Source of the DNA: Candidatus Cloacimonadales bacterium
Lineage (GTDB): Bacteria > Cloacimonadota > Cloacimonadia > Cloacimonadales > JAIOQZ01
Assembly (NCBI GenBank): GCA_963662655.2
Contig: CAXXTU010000002.1
Location: forward strand, 1,536,001-1,600,000
Length of the DNA: 64,000 nt
Direction of reading: 5' to 3'
Within the stretch, counting starts at the first letter, position 1. The number at the start of each line of letters is the position of its first letter. A model generated the notes under the pieces. It searched no databases. It was not told the DNA's origin and was given only the letters and a program-made list of their open reading frames with translations. A program made the position numbers and the translations under genes. This document shows positions 39,753-49,952 of the stretch, piece by piece.

Positions 39753-40498
39753 TGTCCTGCGATCCTCTCCATTACTTCGTCTGAGACTTCATAGTTCGCG
39801 TAGATTTTCTGGACGTCGTCGAGGTCCTCCATCTTTTCGATGAGTTTGAACACGCGTTCGGCAAAATCGTCGGCGTTGATGGTGTTTTTCGGAATTCGTG
39901 TCAACTCGGCCTTCTCGATGGTGAAATCTTTCTCGAGCGCTATGTTGACAGCGTTGAAGTCGTTCAGCGATGTGAGAACTTCGAAATACTCGTCATCGTC
40001 GAGAAGAACGTCTTCCGCACCAGCTTCCAGGGCTGCCATCATGAATTCGTCCTCGTCCTGACCGCCTTTGGGGATCAGGATGGAACCTTTCTGTTCGAAA
40101 TTCCATGATACCGCGCCGTTTTCGGCAAGGTTACCGCCGTACTTGGTGAAGGTGTGGCGAACTTCGGCAACCGTGCGGTTCTTGTTGTCCGTCATCACTT
40201 CGACCAGAACAGCCACGCCGTTGGGGCCGTAGCCTTCATACATGAATTCTTCGTAGCTTACGCCTTCAATTTCGCCGGTACCGCGCTTGATTGCCTTTTC
40301 GATGTTATCTTTGGGCATGTTGGCGTTACGCGCGTTCGAGACGGCTGTGCGAAGACGCGGATTGGTATCGATATCTCCACCGCCGTTTTTTGCAGCGATG
40401 ATGATTTCTTTAGCCAAACGGGTGAACAGCTTGCCGCGTTTTGCGTCGGCTGCACCCTTTTTATGCTTTATCGAGCTCCATTTATTATGTCCTGACAT
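39749..40498 (-). CDS. yebC: YebC/PmpR family protein
   Basis: [41 protein letters not shown]. Confidence 0.96.
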   Translation of the reverse strand: MSGHNKWSSIKHKKGAADAKRGKLFTRLAKEIIIAAKNGGGDIDTNPRLRTAVSNARNANMPKDNIEKAIKRGTGEIEGVSYEEFMYEGYGPNGVAVLVEVMTDNKNRTVAEVRHTFTKYGGNLAENGAVSWNFEQKGSILIPKGGQDEDEFMMAALEAGAEDVLLDDDEYFEVLTSLNDFNAVNIALEKDFTIEKAELTRIPKNTINADDFAERVFKLIEKMEDLDDVQKIYANYEVSDEVMERIAGQ

Positions 40499-40525
40499 TT
40501 TGCCTCCGTTAGGGCTGGGCCCGGT

Positions 40526-42580
40526 TTAGTCCTGTTCTTTGTACTCGGCGATGACTTTTTCGGCTACTTCGTACGGCACGCGTTCGTAGTGGGAGAATTC
40601 CTGCTCGAAGCGTCCGCGACCCTGCGTGAGGGATTTCAGTGCGGGGTAGTAGCTGAACAATTCGGCCAGCGGAAGCTGAGCGTTAAGAATCTGCTTCTTG
40701 CCGGACTGCTCCATACCGAGAATCTTGCCGCGACGGGTCGAGATATCGCCCATAACGTCGCCCATATATTCGTTCGGGATCACGATCTTCACCGTGTGAA
40801 TCGGTTCGAGAAGGATCGGATTCGCCTTCGCGAAACAGGCCTTCAGACACTGGGATGCAGCGATCTTGAATGCCATTTCGGAAGAGTCCACATCGTGGTA
40901 GGAACCGTCGTAGACTTCAACGCTGATATCAACGACTTTGTAGCCGGCGATGACGCCTCTGTCCATGGTTTCCACAACGCCCTTTTCGATAGCGGGGACG
41001 AACTTGCTGGGGATACGCCCGCCAACAATCGAATCGATAAATTCGTAGTTCTTGCCGCGCTCCGACGGTTTAAGGCGGAAGTAGACTTCGCCGTACTGAC
41101 CGCGTCCACCGGATTGTTTTTTGTGGCGGTATCTCTCGTCGGCGTTACCGGTGATGGTCTCGCGATAAGGGATGCGTGGGGTTTCGAGAACCGCTTCGAC
41201 CTTGAAGCGCTTCATGAGGTTCTTCACGACCAGGTTGATCTGCTGTTCGCCGGCGCCCGAGAGAATCTGCTCGTGGGTTTCGGTGTTCAGCTCGAGACGC
41301 ACGGTCGGGTCTTCGTCGAGAAGCCGGGTGAGCGCTGCGCCGATCTTGTCTTCGTCGCTCTGGTTGGCTGCACGGATGCGCTGCCAGTAGATCGGAGAAG
41401 GAAGCTTCGGGCTCGGGAAGCAATACTTGGCGTTGGTAGGAACGATGGAGTTCATACCGCGAGCGAGTTTAAGCTTGACCAGTCCGCCGATTTCACCGGC
41501 GCGAAGCTCGGTTGTGTCGGTGCGGTTCTTGCCCTGCACGTAGGAAACGGCGCCGATCTTGTCTTTACCGTCTTTTTCGGGGATCAGAACGTCCATGCCG
41601 CTGCGAAGCGTTCCCGAGAGAACTTTCACATACGCGATGTCGCCGATGTTCGGGTCTGCGAACGATTTGAAAATGTAAGCGTAGAGTTCGCCATCCGCGG
41701 AAGCCTTGATCTTCTTGATCTCGCCGTTGAAATCGGCAGGGACTTCAGGGCGATCAGCCGGGGACGGAAGGTAATCGATGATCGCGTCGAGAAGCGTCTC
41801 GACACCGACATCCTTGGTCGCGGAGGTTGCGAAAACCGGAACAACGATACCTTTGTTGATACCGACTTTTATACCGGACGCGAGTTCTTCGTCGGTCAGT
41901 TCGCCTTCCTCGAAGTACTTTTCGAGAAGCGTGTCGTCGGCTTCGGCAACGGCTTCCATGAGTTTCATGCGTGATTCTTCAACGAAATCGGCCATGTCGT
42001 CCGGAATCGCGGTTACCTTGCCGTCGACAAAGGCTTTGCCCTTGACGATGTCGACAACGCCATTGAATGTATTTTCCTTACCGATCGGGATGATCAGCGG
42101 AGCTGGGATGATCTCCGAGTTTTCCTGAATCATGTCGATTGCTTTCTGGAAATCGGCGTGCTCGTTGTCCAGGCGGTTCACGATGATCGCTTTTGCGATC
42201 GCGGGATTCTTCGCCATCAGTTCGAGCGGGAGCTCGAGACTCACGTCGAATCCGGCAGCGCCGTTCACAACCATGAGGGCTGTTTCAGCAGCAGTGAATC
42301 CGGCGATCTGCTCGCCGTAGAAATCCGGGTAGGAAGGGGCGTCGATCATGTTGACACGGGCGTTCTTCCAATCGAGATGGCCGATCGAAAGACTGATCGA
42401 CATTTTCTTCTCGATCTCTTCCGGATCGAAGTCCATTACTGTATTGCCTTCGTCGATCTTGCCGATTCTCGAAGTCGCTTTCGCTTTGTTGAGCATGTGT
42501 TCGACCAGAGTGGTCTTGCCTGATCCGCTACCGCCTACCAAAAGGATGTTTCGGATGTTCTTCATTTCATAGTTTTTCAT
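40526..42580 (-). CDS. Elongation factor G paralogue (EF-G2-like)
   Basis: IRNI...GSGKTT, KKQSGGRGQYG, DGSYHDVDSSEMAF, LLEP; divergent G motifs; not in an rpsL-rpsG operon. Confidence 0.9.
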   Translation of the reverse strand: MKNYEMKNIRNILLVGGSGSGKTTLVEHMLNKAKATSRIGKIDEGNTVMDFDPEEIEKKMSISLSIGHLDWKNARVNMIDAPSYPDFYGEQIAGFTAAETALMVVNGAAGFDVSLELPLELMAKNPAIAKAIIVNRLDNEHADFQKAIDMIQENSEIIPAPLIIPIGKENTFNGVVDIVKGKAFVDGKVTAIPDDMADFVEESRMKLMEAVAEADDTLLEKYFEEGELTDEELASGIKVGINKGIVVPVFATSATKDVGVETLLDAIIDYLPSPADRPEVPADFNGEIKKIKASADGELYAYIFKSFADPNIGDIAYVKVLSGTLRSGMDVLIPEKDGKDKIGAVSYVQGKNRTDTTELRAGEIGGLVKLKLARGMNSIVPTNAKYCFPSPKLPSPIYWQRIRAANQSDEDKIGAALTRLLDEDPTVRLELNTETHEQILSGAGEQQINLVVKNLMKRFKVEAVLETPRIPYRETITGNADERYRHKKQSGGRGQYGEVYFRLKPSERGKNYEFIDSIVGGRIPSKFVPAIEKGVVETMDRGVIAGYKVVDISVEVYDGSYHDVDSSEMAFKIAASQCLKACFAKANPILLEPIHTVKIVIPNEYMGDVMGDISTRRGKILGMEQSGKKQILNAQLPLAELFSYYPALKSLTQGRGRFEQEFSHYERVPYEVAEKVIAEYKEQD

Positions 42581-42855
42581 AAGTTCCTCGTTGTTTCCTT
42601 TCTATTTCTTTTCAATTCATTCATGATTCATCCAGCGATCGTCCACTACGAGAACCTCCCGGCTCTCCTTCAGGACATTACCACATTAAATCGGAACGCG
42701 TTTAAAATCAATTGGTTCCACGCACATCCCCATCGAGACAAAAGCCTTTCGCATGGTAATGATGCAAGTTTTCAATTTTTTGAAGACGGATAATCTTGTC
42801 AAACTATTCCGTTAGAAGAATTAGTGTGACTCAAAACTGAACATCCGATGATGAC

Positions 42856-43062
42856 CTAATCGCGATACTTATTCCAGAAATGACGAATAAGGAAATATCC
42901 GATCACGAACTGTAACAGCCAACAGATGAAATCGATGAGTAAATACAACGCGTTGAAATCACTGTGGAAAAGCCTCCACTGGAAGTTGAAGAAATAAAAA
43001 AGCATCCCCTTTAAAAAATAGAGAACCAGGATTGTGATGATTACCAGGAAAATTCGTTTCAT
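42856..43062 (-). CDS. Small two-TM hypothetical protein
   Basis: 68 aa hydrophobic ORF with GGGAG RBS. Confidence 0.5.
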   Translation of the reverse strand: MKRIFLVIITILVLYFLKGMLFYFFNFQWRLFHSDFNALYLLIDFICWLLQFVIGYFLIRHFWNKYRD

Positions 43063-43119
43063 TGTGCTCCCTTCTTACTCTTTATTCGTTGCTTACGAAA
43101 ACATCAACATACTCGGGTA

Positions 43120-43237
43120 CAGATTCGTTCGATCCCCATTCTCGTCGTGGTGTTTCACACCCTTACCACCGCACTCTCCCCTTCCATTCGTAGGGGTGTG
43201 GTATATCCACTACGAGAATGGGGATCGGGCGAAGATG
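43120..43237 (+). repeat. Intergenic hairpin element copy 5 (118 nt, shortest)
   Basis: Family boxes; arm CCCCATTCTCGT/ACGAGAATGGGG differs from other copies yet pairs. Confidence 0.92.
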
Positions 43238-43277
43238 CCCCGAGCGCCGACCTCGCAGCGACATTCTCTCGATATCT

Positions 43278-44579
43278 CTATTTGAGCAGCAACGCCTTGC
43301 GCACCGCCTTATCTCCGCCATGCTCCACCATCATCAGGTATACGCCCGACCCAGCGGATTTCCCCGCGGAATCGACTCCGTTCCAGCGGAACAACCCGGT
43401 TCCGGCAGAAACGTCATACCGATCCGCCCGGTATACAAGCTTTCCCCGGATATCGTAGATGCTCAGTTGCGTCTCCCCTGGAGATTCGACGCTATACGCG
43501 ATCGAGACTTCCGGATTGAATGGATTCGGGTAAAGCGACAACGACAGCGCCGATTTTGCTTCCGCCACCGTTTCATCGTCAATTGCATAACCCTGCAAGA
43601 CAATCTCTTCGTAGTAATCTCCACCCGCTATCTCGAAGTCGCCCTGATACGGCATGTACGCAAAATGAGTCACCGCGAAGCCGTACGTTCCATCGAGAAG
43701 CGGTACGGAAAACACACCCGTGGAATCGGTGGTTGCCACCGCGAAATCGTTTGGATTATTCTGGTTCGTTATCAGAATTGCTGCATTGTTGACCGGATTT
43801 TCCTGCGCATCCATTACGATGCCCTCGAAACAGCCGTCAGGCTCTGAGTACAGGAAGTTCACCCCCGTCATGTGCCCGTTAACTATAAGAACCTGCGCAT
43901 CCGGCGCGACGTAGCTTCCCTCCAGATCCAGTAAACTCAGCACGCCGACAAAGCACGTTGCCTCAGGGAGATCGTCCGGCACGAATATCTGATAGGTTCC
44001 CAGGATGCCGGTCATCTCCGAAAGCAGGTAACGCCCCTCACCCATATACGCCAGCAGGGCTTCAAGCGAGAAATCCTCCATCAGCTCCATCACTTCTTCA
44101 AGGCCGACATTATAGAATGAATATACCAGAGCTCCAGGAACCGGCAAGTCAATCCACGAACCCTCCGATGTGACCGAACCGACGATCGAGTAGTCCGAAT
44201 CGAGCTGTTCGAACGAAAGCGTCACGGAATCGGAAACGCCATCGTCCGTAACCGTAAATATGATCGTGGCAGCCTCGGGAAACGATACGAAATTGCTGAA
44301 GCCAAATGCGAATATGCCATCGACGCCGGTTTCGTCCATCGCGCCGCCATCTTCCAACGGTTGGTCCTGTGTATCCATCACCGGAAGCTCCATGCCCATC
44401 GCACTGATCGTGATGGCGTAGTCGGCAGCGTTGCCCTCCGATTCGAATTCAAAATAGACTGCAACGGAATCGCCAACAGCGATCGATGCCTCATCCTGAC
44501 CATTTATCGTAAAATTGTGTGCAGCGCTTAACAGGGTTGATATTGCAATGAGGACAGCAAACAGGTATACCTTTTTCAT
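43278..44579 (-). CDS. Secreted protein with carboxypeptidase-regulatory-like and FlgD-Ig/T9SS-type domains
   Basis: Signal peptide, G.V.D...PV.NA.I...TDSTG.F, YPNPFNP...SGVY. Confidence 0.78.
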   Translation of the reverse strand: MKKVYLFAVLIAISTLLSAAHNFTINGQDEASIAVGDSVAVYFEFESEGNAADYAITISAMGMELPVMDTQDQPLEDGGAMDETGVDGIFAFGFSNFVSFPEAATIIFTVTDDGVSDSVTLSFEQLDSDYSIVGSVTSEGSWIDLPVPGALVYSFYNVGLEEVMELMEDFSLEALLAYMGEGRYLLSEMTGILGTYQIFVPDDLPEATCFVGVLSLLDLEGSYVAPDAQVLIVNGHMTGVNFLYSEPDGCFEGIVMDAQENPVNNAAILITNQNNPNDFAVATTDSTGVFSVPLLDGTYGFAVTHFAYMPYQGDFEIAGGDYYEEIVLQGYAIDDETVAEAKSALSLSLYPNPFNPEVSIAYSVESPGETQLSIYDIRGKLVYRADRYDVSAGTGLFRWNGVDSAGKSAGSGVYLMMVEHGGDKAVRKALLLK

Positions 44580-44678
44580 CTCGACTCCTTATTCTGCGGA
44601 ATATAACAATTATATCCACACATAAGCGCGTGTCAATGATAATCTTCCTGTATTGTCATCAGCATTTCCCATGCAAAC

Positions 44679-44706
44679 AAAAATCCCCGGCGATGAACCG
44701 GGGATT
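44679..44706 (-). terminator. Intrinsic terminator after the GLUG gene
   Basis: AAAAATCCCCGG-7nt-CCGGGGATT. Confidence 0.65.
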
Positions 44707-44726
44707 GATATTTCACGCTCGTACAA

Positions 44727-47700
44727 TCAGTTTTTCCTTCCGGGTGTTTCTGCGACAACCGTTTTCCTGGCATTGCTTCGATTTCCCCGGCCCTCGTCGT
44801 CAATGTACGATTTGAACATATAGAATCTACGATTCCCGCTCATGGGGGCAATCCAGGAAGTGTTATCGAAGACTCCGCTTGTGTCTTCGGTAAAAATCCC
44901 GTTTGGGGAGTCGCTGGAGTAGATGCGATAACCGTCCACATACGGCAGAACATCCCATGTGTAAACAACATCACTACCCATAGTCATGAACGAAAGGTTA
45001 TTCGGCAACACAGGAACCACAGGGGTTCCCTCTTCCCATGAGAGAAGCGGATAGCCGCTATTATTCACGCCGTCGAGCTTCCAGAAATCTTCGGTACCGT
45101 TCATCGTTTCACCCTTGAAATCCCACCCGTTGAATATGAATGTATTGGAATCTTTCATTTGATCGGTGGGCAATCCAGTGCCACCGTTGCTGGTTGACAT
45201 TCCTGATGTGGCGGTATCGTAGAAGCAGTTCTGGATATTGGTGGCGCTTCTGCTTGCGATGAATCCTGCGGCATTGGTAATGCCGTCGACAAATCCCGTG
45301 CTGAAGCAGTTGACGATCGCGCAGCCATCGGATGCAGCGCCGACAAAGCCCGCAACAGCATCATTGCCAGTCACCTGTCCGGTGCTGTAGCAGTTTTCGA
45401 TTGTCGTGTCGATACATTGCCCGACCGCCCCACCGACTTGATTGACGCTGGAGACGTTACCGCTGCTGAAGGATGTGTTCAATTCTGCTGTGATCAATTC
45501 GCCGGCGATACCTCCGCAAAGATCGAGATTGGACGAAACCTCACCCAGGTTGCAGCAATCGGTTATCTCCCCGTAGTAATGGTATCCACAGATGCCGCCA
45601 ATCCCCGATCTTCCGTCGATATCTCCCGTATTGCAGCAATCGATGATCGCCGTCTCCTGGTTCCATCCCGCGATACCGCCGGAATGATTTTCGCCGAAGA
45701 TTCCGGCTGCGTTATGGCATCCGGAGATCGTGGATCCCCAGGTAATTCCTGCCATTCCGCCGATGTAGAACGTGTCGCCGGTAATCTGCCCGGAGGTATA
45801 GCATCCCGCGATCGTCCCTGCCTCGAGTCTGCCTGCGATGCCTCCGCTATTCATTTTTGCGATAATATTGCAGTTTGTAAGACGTACATTCCGAACCGTG
45901 CCATAAACGATATACCCGAACAAGGCTTGATAGTAACCGTCCGGGCGATTGATCTTGAGGCCGTCGATCGCGAAGTCCTGTCCATCGTAAACCCCCACGA
46001 AGTAATCCGAGCTAGAGCCGATGGGCTTAAAACCTTCGCTGTCATTGTAACTCTCGCCTTCTGTGGCGTCGATATCCGCGATCTGGACGAAATGAGCATC
46101 CCAGACGTCACTCTCTTCGCTCAGCCAGTAAAGATGAGAGAAATCGGCAATTTGATACGGGTCTTGTTCCGTACCGCTTCCGGTTGGAATTCCGCCGACG
46201 TTAGTATATCCCTGCCAGCTAAGGAAGGGATAACCGCCATTCTCGACAGGATTGACGCCCCAGATATCATCGGTTCCGTTGGCCGACTCGTCCATCATGT
46301 CCCAACCGCCGAGATAAAAGGTGATATACGACTGCATTTCGGCAGTACATAAGCCGGTCCCTTTTACACTCTCCTCAACACCGGAGGCATCCACATCCCA
46401 GTAACATTGCCGGAATGTACCCGGCATGCCATACCCAACGATGAATCCGCCACCACCGTTGGGAATACTGCAAGTACTGTAGCAGCGTGTAAAGGAGTTA
46501 TCGGATGACGGGATGTACATGAAACCACCCGCATGGTTCGCCGGCGCGTTGATCACGCCATGGCAGTAGCAATCAACGGCGTTTATCGCGCCATTCGTCG
46601 AGCCGATAAAACCGCCACCAGTCTCCACCACTGTAACGTCCATCGACGAGAAGCAGCGCTCCACAGTGAATCTGCGACCTTCCCCGATCAATCCTCCGGG
46701 TGAATTTCCTATGACCGATCCGGTGCATGAAGACTCCAGGATGATTGTGCTGAAGCTTTCATCAGGTAGCAATTGGCCCACCGCTTTCCCGACGAAGCCG
46801 CCCGTGAATTCGACACCAATGATCTCGACATTGCCGGAGCAACCCGTAATAGCGGTGTCCGAGATGCTGCCTGCGAGTCCGCCTATGGAGTCGCCGCCCT
46901 GAACTGAGCCTCTGACAGAGCAGCCGATAACCGTTGAATTCACCGCCTTCCCGACGAGACCTCCCGCGGTATCCGAAGCTACGATACTTACATTGGTCAG
47001 TTCTATGTTCGCGACATTAGCCGAGTCCAAGTATCCGAAGAAACCCTGGTAAGAGCCTGAGCCGGATATGTTCAGTCCGTCAATCGAATACCCTTGTCCG
47101 TCATAGTAGCCTGTGAAAGGCAATACATCGTTTCCGATCGGTGTCCAATTCGTGCGACTACTTAGTTCGATGTCCGCAACCTGCAAGTAGTAGTCTCCCC
47201 AATTCCCCGACGAATTCGCCATCCACAATAAATTCTTCATCACCGCAATCCGGTAGGGATCGGCTTCCGTACCCGCGCCATCGGGTTTCTCCGGGCTGCC
47301 TGCCGTATGTTCGTATCCCTGCCATGCGAGGAATGGATAACCGTCATTCTCGGAGGCGTTCAAGCCCCAGTAGTCATCGCTGCCGTTGCTGTATTCGTCG
47401 ATGAAATCCCATCCATTGTCGTAATAAGATGCAAGTTGCTTCATCTCAGCCGTTGTCAACCCTGTTCCGCCTTCACTGATCGAGATCCCCGACAACTCGG
47501 CATCCCAAAAGCAATCGACGACATGAGGCGAGGTAAAAAGGTCGGCGACAAAACCGCCATTGTTTAACGATGATCCTGTCATCGTGCAAGCGGAATAGCA
47601 GTTCTCGGTTTTGCTGGTATCCAACATTTGCGCGGCGAATCCGCCGGTTGCATTCGCGCAGATCGCGATCGTACCCTGGTTGTATGAATTGGATATCTGC

Positions 47701-49499
47701 GACGTTCCTCGCATTCTTCCGACAAAGCCTCCGACATTGCCGCAATCAACCGAGATATCACTAATGCAGTAGCAGGAATTTACTTCGGAATTCAACATTT
47801 CGAATACAAATCCCGCTCCTTGATTCTCTCCAGTAATTATACATGCTGCCCTGGAATTTTCGATCAGGGTGTGGTTCGTGATTGTTGAGACCATCCCAGC
47901 TCCACAATAGAAACTTTCAACCGAGCCCCCAGCGGTACACCCCGTGATTGTGGAGTTAGCGGCCTTTCCGACCATACCCCCAACATCGTCGCTACCGGAT
48001 ACCGTCACGTTCGTCTCGCAATCTTCAATCGCGCTTGTGTCGGATACAAAGCCGGCCAAACCTCCGATATAGTTATTTCCGTCGGTGATATCGCCGGTTA
48101 CCTTGCAAGTAATGAACCACGAGTTAACGGCCGATCCGACAAGTCCCCCGACACGCGACGCTCCCGTAATGTCTACATTGATCAACCTCAAGTCGTGAAC
48201 CATAGCGTTTTGAGTATACCCGAACATACCCTGATTATCTGTATCGGGGCGGTCGCATATAAGATTGGAAATCCTGTACCCGTTTCCGTCGAACGTTCCA
48301 GAGAAGGGGATGCTGCTATGTCCGATCGGCCTGAAGCCGGCTCCATTCGCCCAGCTCTGAGTATCTTCAGCATTGATGTTTGACGACATGCGGAAGTATT
48401 TATCCCAGTAGTCAACCCGGGAACTGAGCCAGAGCAGATGATCAAGCTGTGATATTGTGTATGGATTGCTCGAGATGCCTTCTCCGGATGGTTGTGTGCC
48501 GGCGGGAGGAAAATGTTCGTATCCTTCCCAGGCAAGGAAGGGGTAGCCTTCGTTGTAAAGTCCGTTCATGCCCCAAATGTCGTTCGTGCCGTCGCCGGAA
48601 TCCACCATGAAATCCCATCCTATTGTCTGGTAGGGGGCAATCTCTTTCATGTTGACAGTTTGAAGCCCTATTCCGCCGAAGCTTGAAGTCTTTCCTGAGC
48701 TGTCCGTATCCCAGACGCAGTTTAATATCAAGTAGTTATCCGAATAACCGACAAGCCCCCCAGTAAAAGTCGATCCGTTAACCAGGCCTGTACTGTAGCA
48801 GGATTGAGCGGAGGAAGAGTAATTAGCTCCCAGCAATCCACCGACATAGCTTGTGCCGGTCACCGTCCCGCGTGCATAGCTTGATGTGATTATCGCATTG
48901 TTGTTCGTCTTCCCAACAAGTCCGCCGGTGGCGTCTGACCCTGTAACATTGCAGAAACTCCAGCAATTATCGATCACACTGTTTACACGCAGGAATCCGA
49001 CAAGTCCGCCAGTGGAGCCTGAGCCGGTTACCGATCCTGTGCTGTAGCAGTTTATAATATGTGATGTCCCGGCACATAACGAAGCAAGCGCTCCAACTCT
49101 CGTATCGCCAGTGATACTGCAATCCGTGATACCCAAATTCTGGATTGTCGCACCATTAACACGCCCAAAGAGGCCCTGATCATTGGCGGTTCGATCGATA
49201 AACAGACCGTCGATCTTATAGTGATCTCCGTCGTAAGTACCGGTAAAATCGGTATCTCCATCTCCTATAGGAGAAAATCCGGCACCGCTGTTCCAACTGG
49301 AAGTCCCTGAGGCGTCGATATCGTCCGTCTGAATGAAGTGACTCGACCAGCTTCCAGAGTTTGTACTGAGCCATAAAAGATTGTTGAGCGAATCGATTTC
49401 ATAAGGACTACCCGATGTACCTGAGCCCACAGGCTGGGTTCCATCGGCGAACAGGCCGAGTGAAAGCAGCAAAAAAACATATACCGGCAAATAACGCAT
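44727..49499 (-). CDS. Large secreted GLUG-motif beta-solenoid protein with four tandem modules
   Basis: Signal peptide; four P.G.G...PY.I...L.W starts and four N.GYP.L.W ends; many VGGLVG...I..C.STG.V repeats. Confidence 0.87.
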   Translation of the reverse strand: MRYLPVYVFLLLSLGLFADGTQPVGSGTSGSPYEIDSLNNLLWLSTNSGSWSSHFIQTDDIDASGTSSWNSGAGFSPIGDGDTDFTGTYDGDHYKIDGLFIDRTANDQGLFGRVNGATIQNLGITDCSITGDTRVGALASLCAGTSHIINCYSTGSVTGSGSTGGLVGFLRVNSVIDNCWSFCNVTGSDATGGLVGKTNNNAIITSSYARGTVTGTSYVGGLLGANYSSSAQSCYSTGLVNGSTFTGGLVGYSDNYLILNCVWDTDSSGKTSSFGGIGLQTVNMKEIAPYQTIGWDFMVDSGDGTNDIWGMNGLYNEGYPFLAWEGYEHFPPAGTQPSGEGISSNPYTISQLDHLLWLSSRVDYWDKYFRMSSNINAEDTQSWANGAGFRPIGHSSIPFSGTFDGNGYRISNLICDRPDTDNQGMFGYTQNAMVHDLRLINVDITGASRVGGLVGSAVNSWFITCKVTGDITDGNNYIGGLAGFVSDTSAIEDCETNVTVSGSDDVGGMVGKAANSTITGCTAGGSVESFYCGAGMVSTITNHTLIENSRAACIITGENQGAGFVFEMLNSEVNSCYCISDISVDCGNVGGFVGRMRGTSQISNSYNQGTIAICANATGGFAAQMLDTSKTENCYSACTMTGSSLNNGGFVADLFTSPHVVDCFWDAELSGISISEGGTGLTTAEMKQLASYYDNGWDFIDEYSNGSDDYWGLNASENDGYPFLAWQGYEHTAGSPEKPDGAGTEADPYRIAVMKNLLWMANSSGNWGDYYLQVADIELSSRTNWTPIGNDVLPFTGYYDGQGYSIDGLNISGSGSYQGFFGYLDSANVANIELTNVSIVASDTAGGLVGKAVNSTVIGCSVRGSVQGGDSIGGLAGSISDTAITGCSGNVEIIGVEFTGGFVGKAVGQLLPDESFSTIILESSCTGSVIGNSPGGLIGEGRRFTVERCFSSMDVTVVETGGGFIGSTNGAINAVDCYCHGVINAPANHAGGFMYIPSSDNSFTRCYSTCSIPNGGGGFIVGYGMPGTFRQCYWDVDASGVEESVKGTGLCTAEMQSYITFYLGGWDMMDESANGTDDIWGVNPVENGGYPFLSWQGYTNVGGIPTGSGTEQDPYQIADFSHLYWLSEESDVWDAHFVQIADIDATEGESYNDSEGFKPIGSSSDYFVGVYDGQDFAIDGLKINRPDGYYQALFGYIVYGTVRNVRLTNCNIIAKMNSGGIAGRLEAGTIAGCYTSGQITGDTFYIGGMAGITWGSTISGCHNAAGIFGENHSGGIAGWNQETAIIDCCNTGDIDGRSGIGGICGYHYYGEITDCCNLGEVSSNLDLCGGIAGELITAELNTSFSSGNVSSVNQVGGAVGQCIDTTIENCYSTGQVTGNDAVAGFVGAASDGCAIVNCFSTGFVDGITNAAGFIASRSATNIQNCFYDTATSGMSTSNGGTGLPTDQMKDSNTFIFNGWDFKGETMNGTEDFWKLDGVNNSGYPLLSWEEGTPVVPVLPNNLSFMTMGSDVVYTWDVLPYVDGYRIYSSDSPNGIFTEDTSGVFDNTSWIAPMSGNRRFYMFKSYIDDEGRGNRSNARKTVVAETPGRKN

Positions 49500-49589
49500 G
49501 TTTTTCCTCCTTTGACAATATGTACAAACTGAATACGATTTACCGAATGATGTCAAGATTTTTACTTTGAGGAGGTTATGTGTAAGATT

Positions 49590-49622
49590 AAAAAAAATCC
49601 CCAGAAACGATATTCCGGGGAT
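49590..49622 (-). terminator. Probable terminator after the ferredoxin
   Basis: A8-TCCCC...GGGGAT imperfect hairpin. Confidence 0.5.
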
Positions 49623-49654
49623 AAGTTTTTCAGATTATTTGATTGATATTGAGG

Positions 49655-49828
49655 TTATGGAGAGTCGATACAATTTACCGGACACTCCTGAGCGCACGCT
49701 CCGCAATCGACACATTTCTCGGGATTGATCCAGCGTTTCTCATTGACTTCCGATATTGCTTCTACAGGACAGACGACTTCACAAGCCCCACAGTTAATGC
49801 ACTCGTCCTTCCGGATATTGAAAGCCAT
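49655..49828 (-). CDS. 2x[4Fe-4S] ferredoxin
   Basis: GGAGG RBS; CINCGACEVVCP and CVDCGACAQECP, 57 aa. Confidence 0.93.
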   Translation of the reverse strand: MAFNIRKDECINCGACEVVCPVEAISEVNEKRWINPEKCVDCGACAQECPVNCIDSP

Positions 49829-49952
49829 ATCGCCTCCTTGGTATTCATACGACAATATGCCGCCGGACCAAGTCAAGACAAATTATATCTTTGAAATAAA
49901 GAAAGATAGCTTTCCCTGAGCGGATTTATACACTTCTATTTTTTTACCTTAA

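Noticed and set aside
40589..41974. Long antisense ORFs (also 1165-2367, 18890-20200, 62129-63751 and others)
   Set aside because: Shadow frames of well-supported genes on the other strand, with no recognisable motifs
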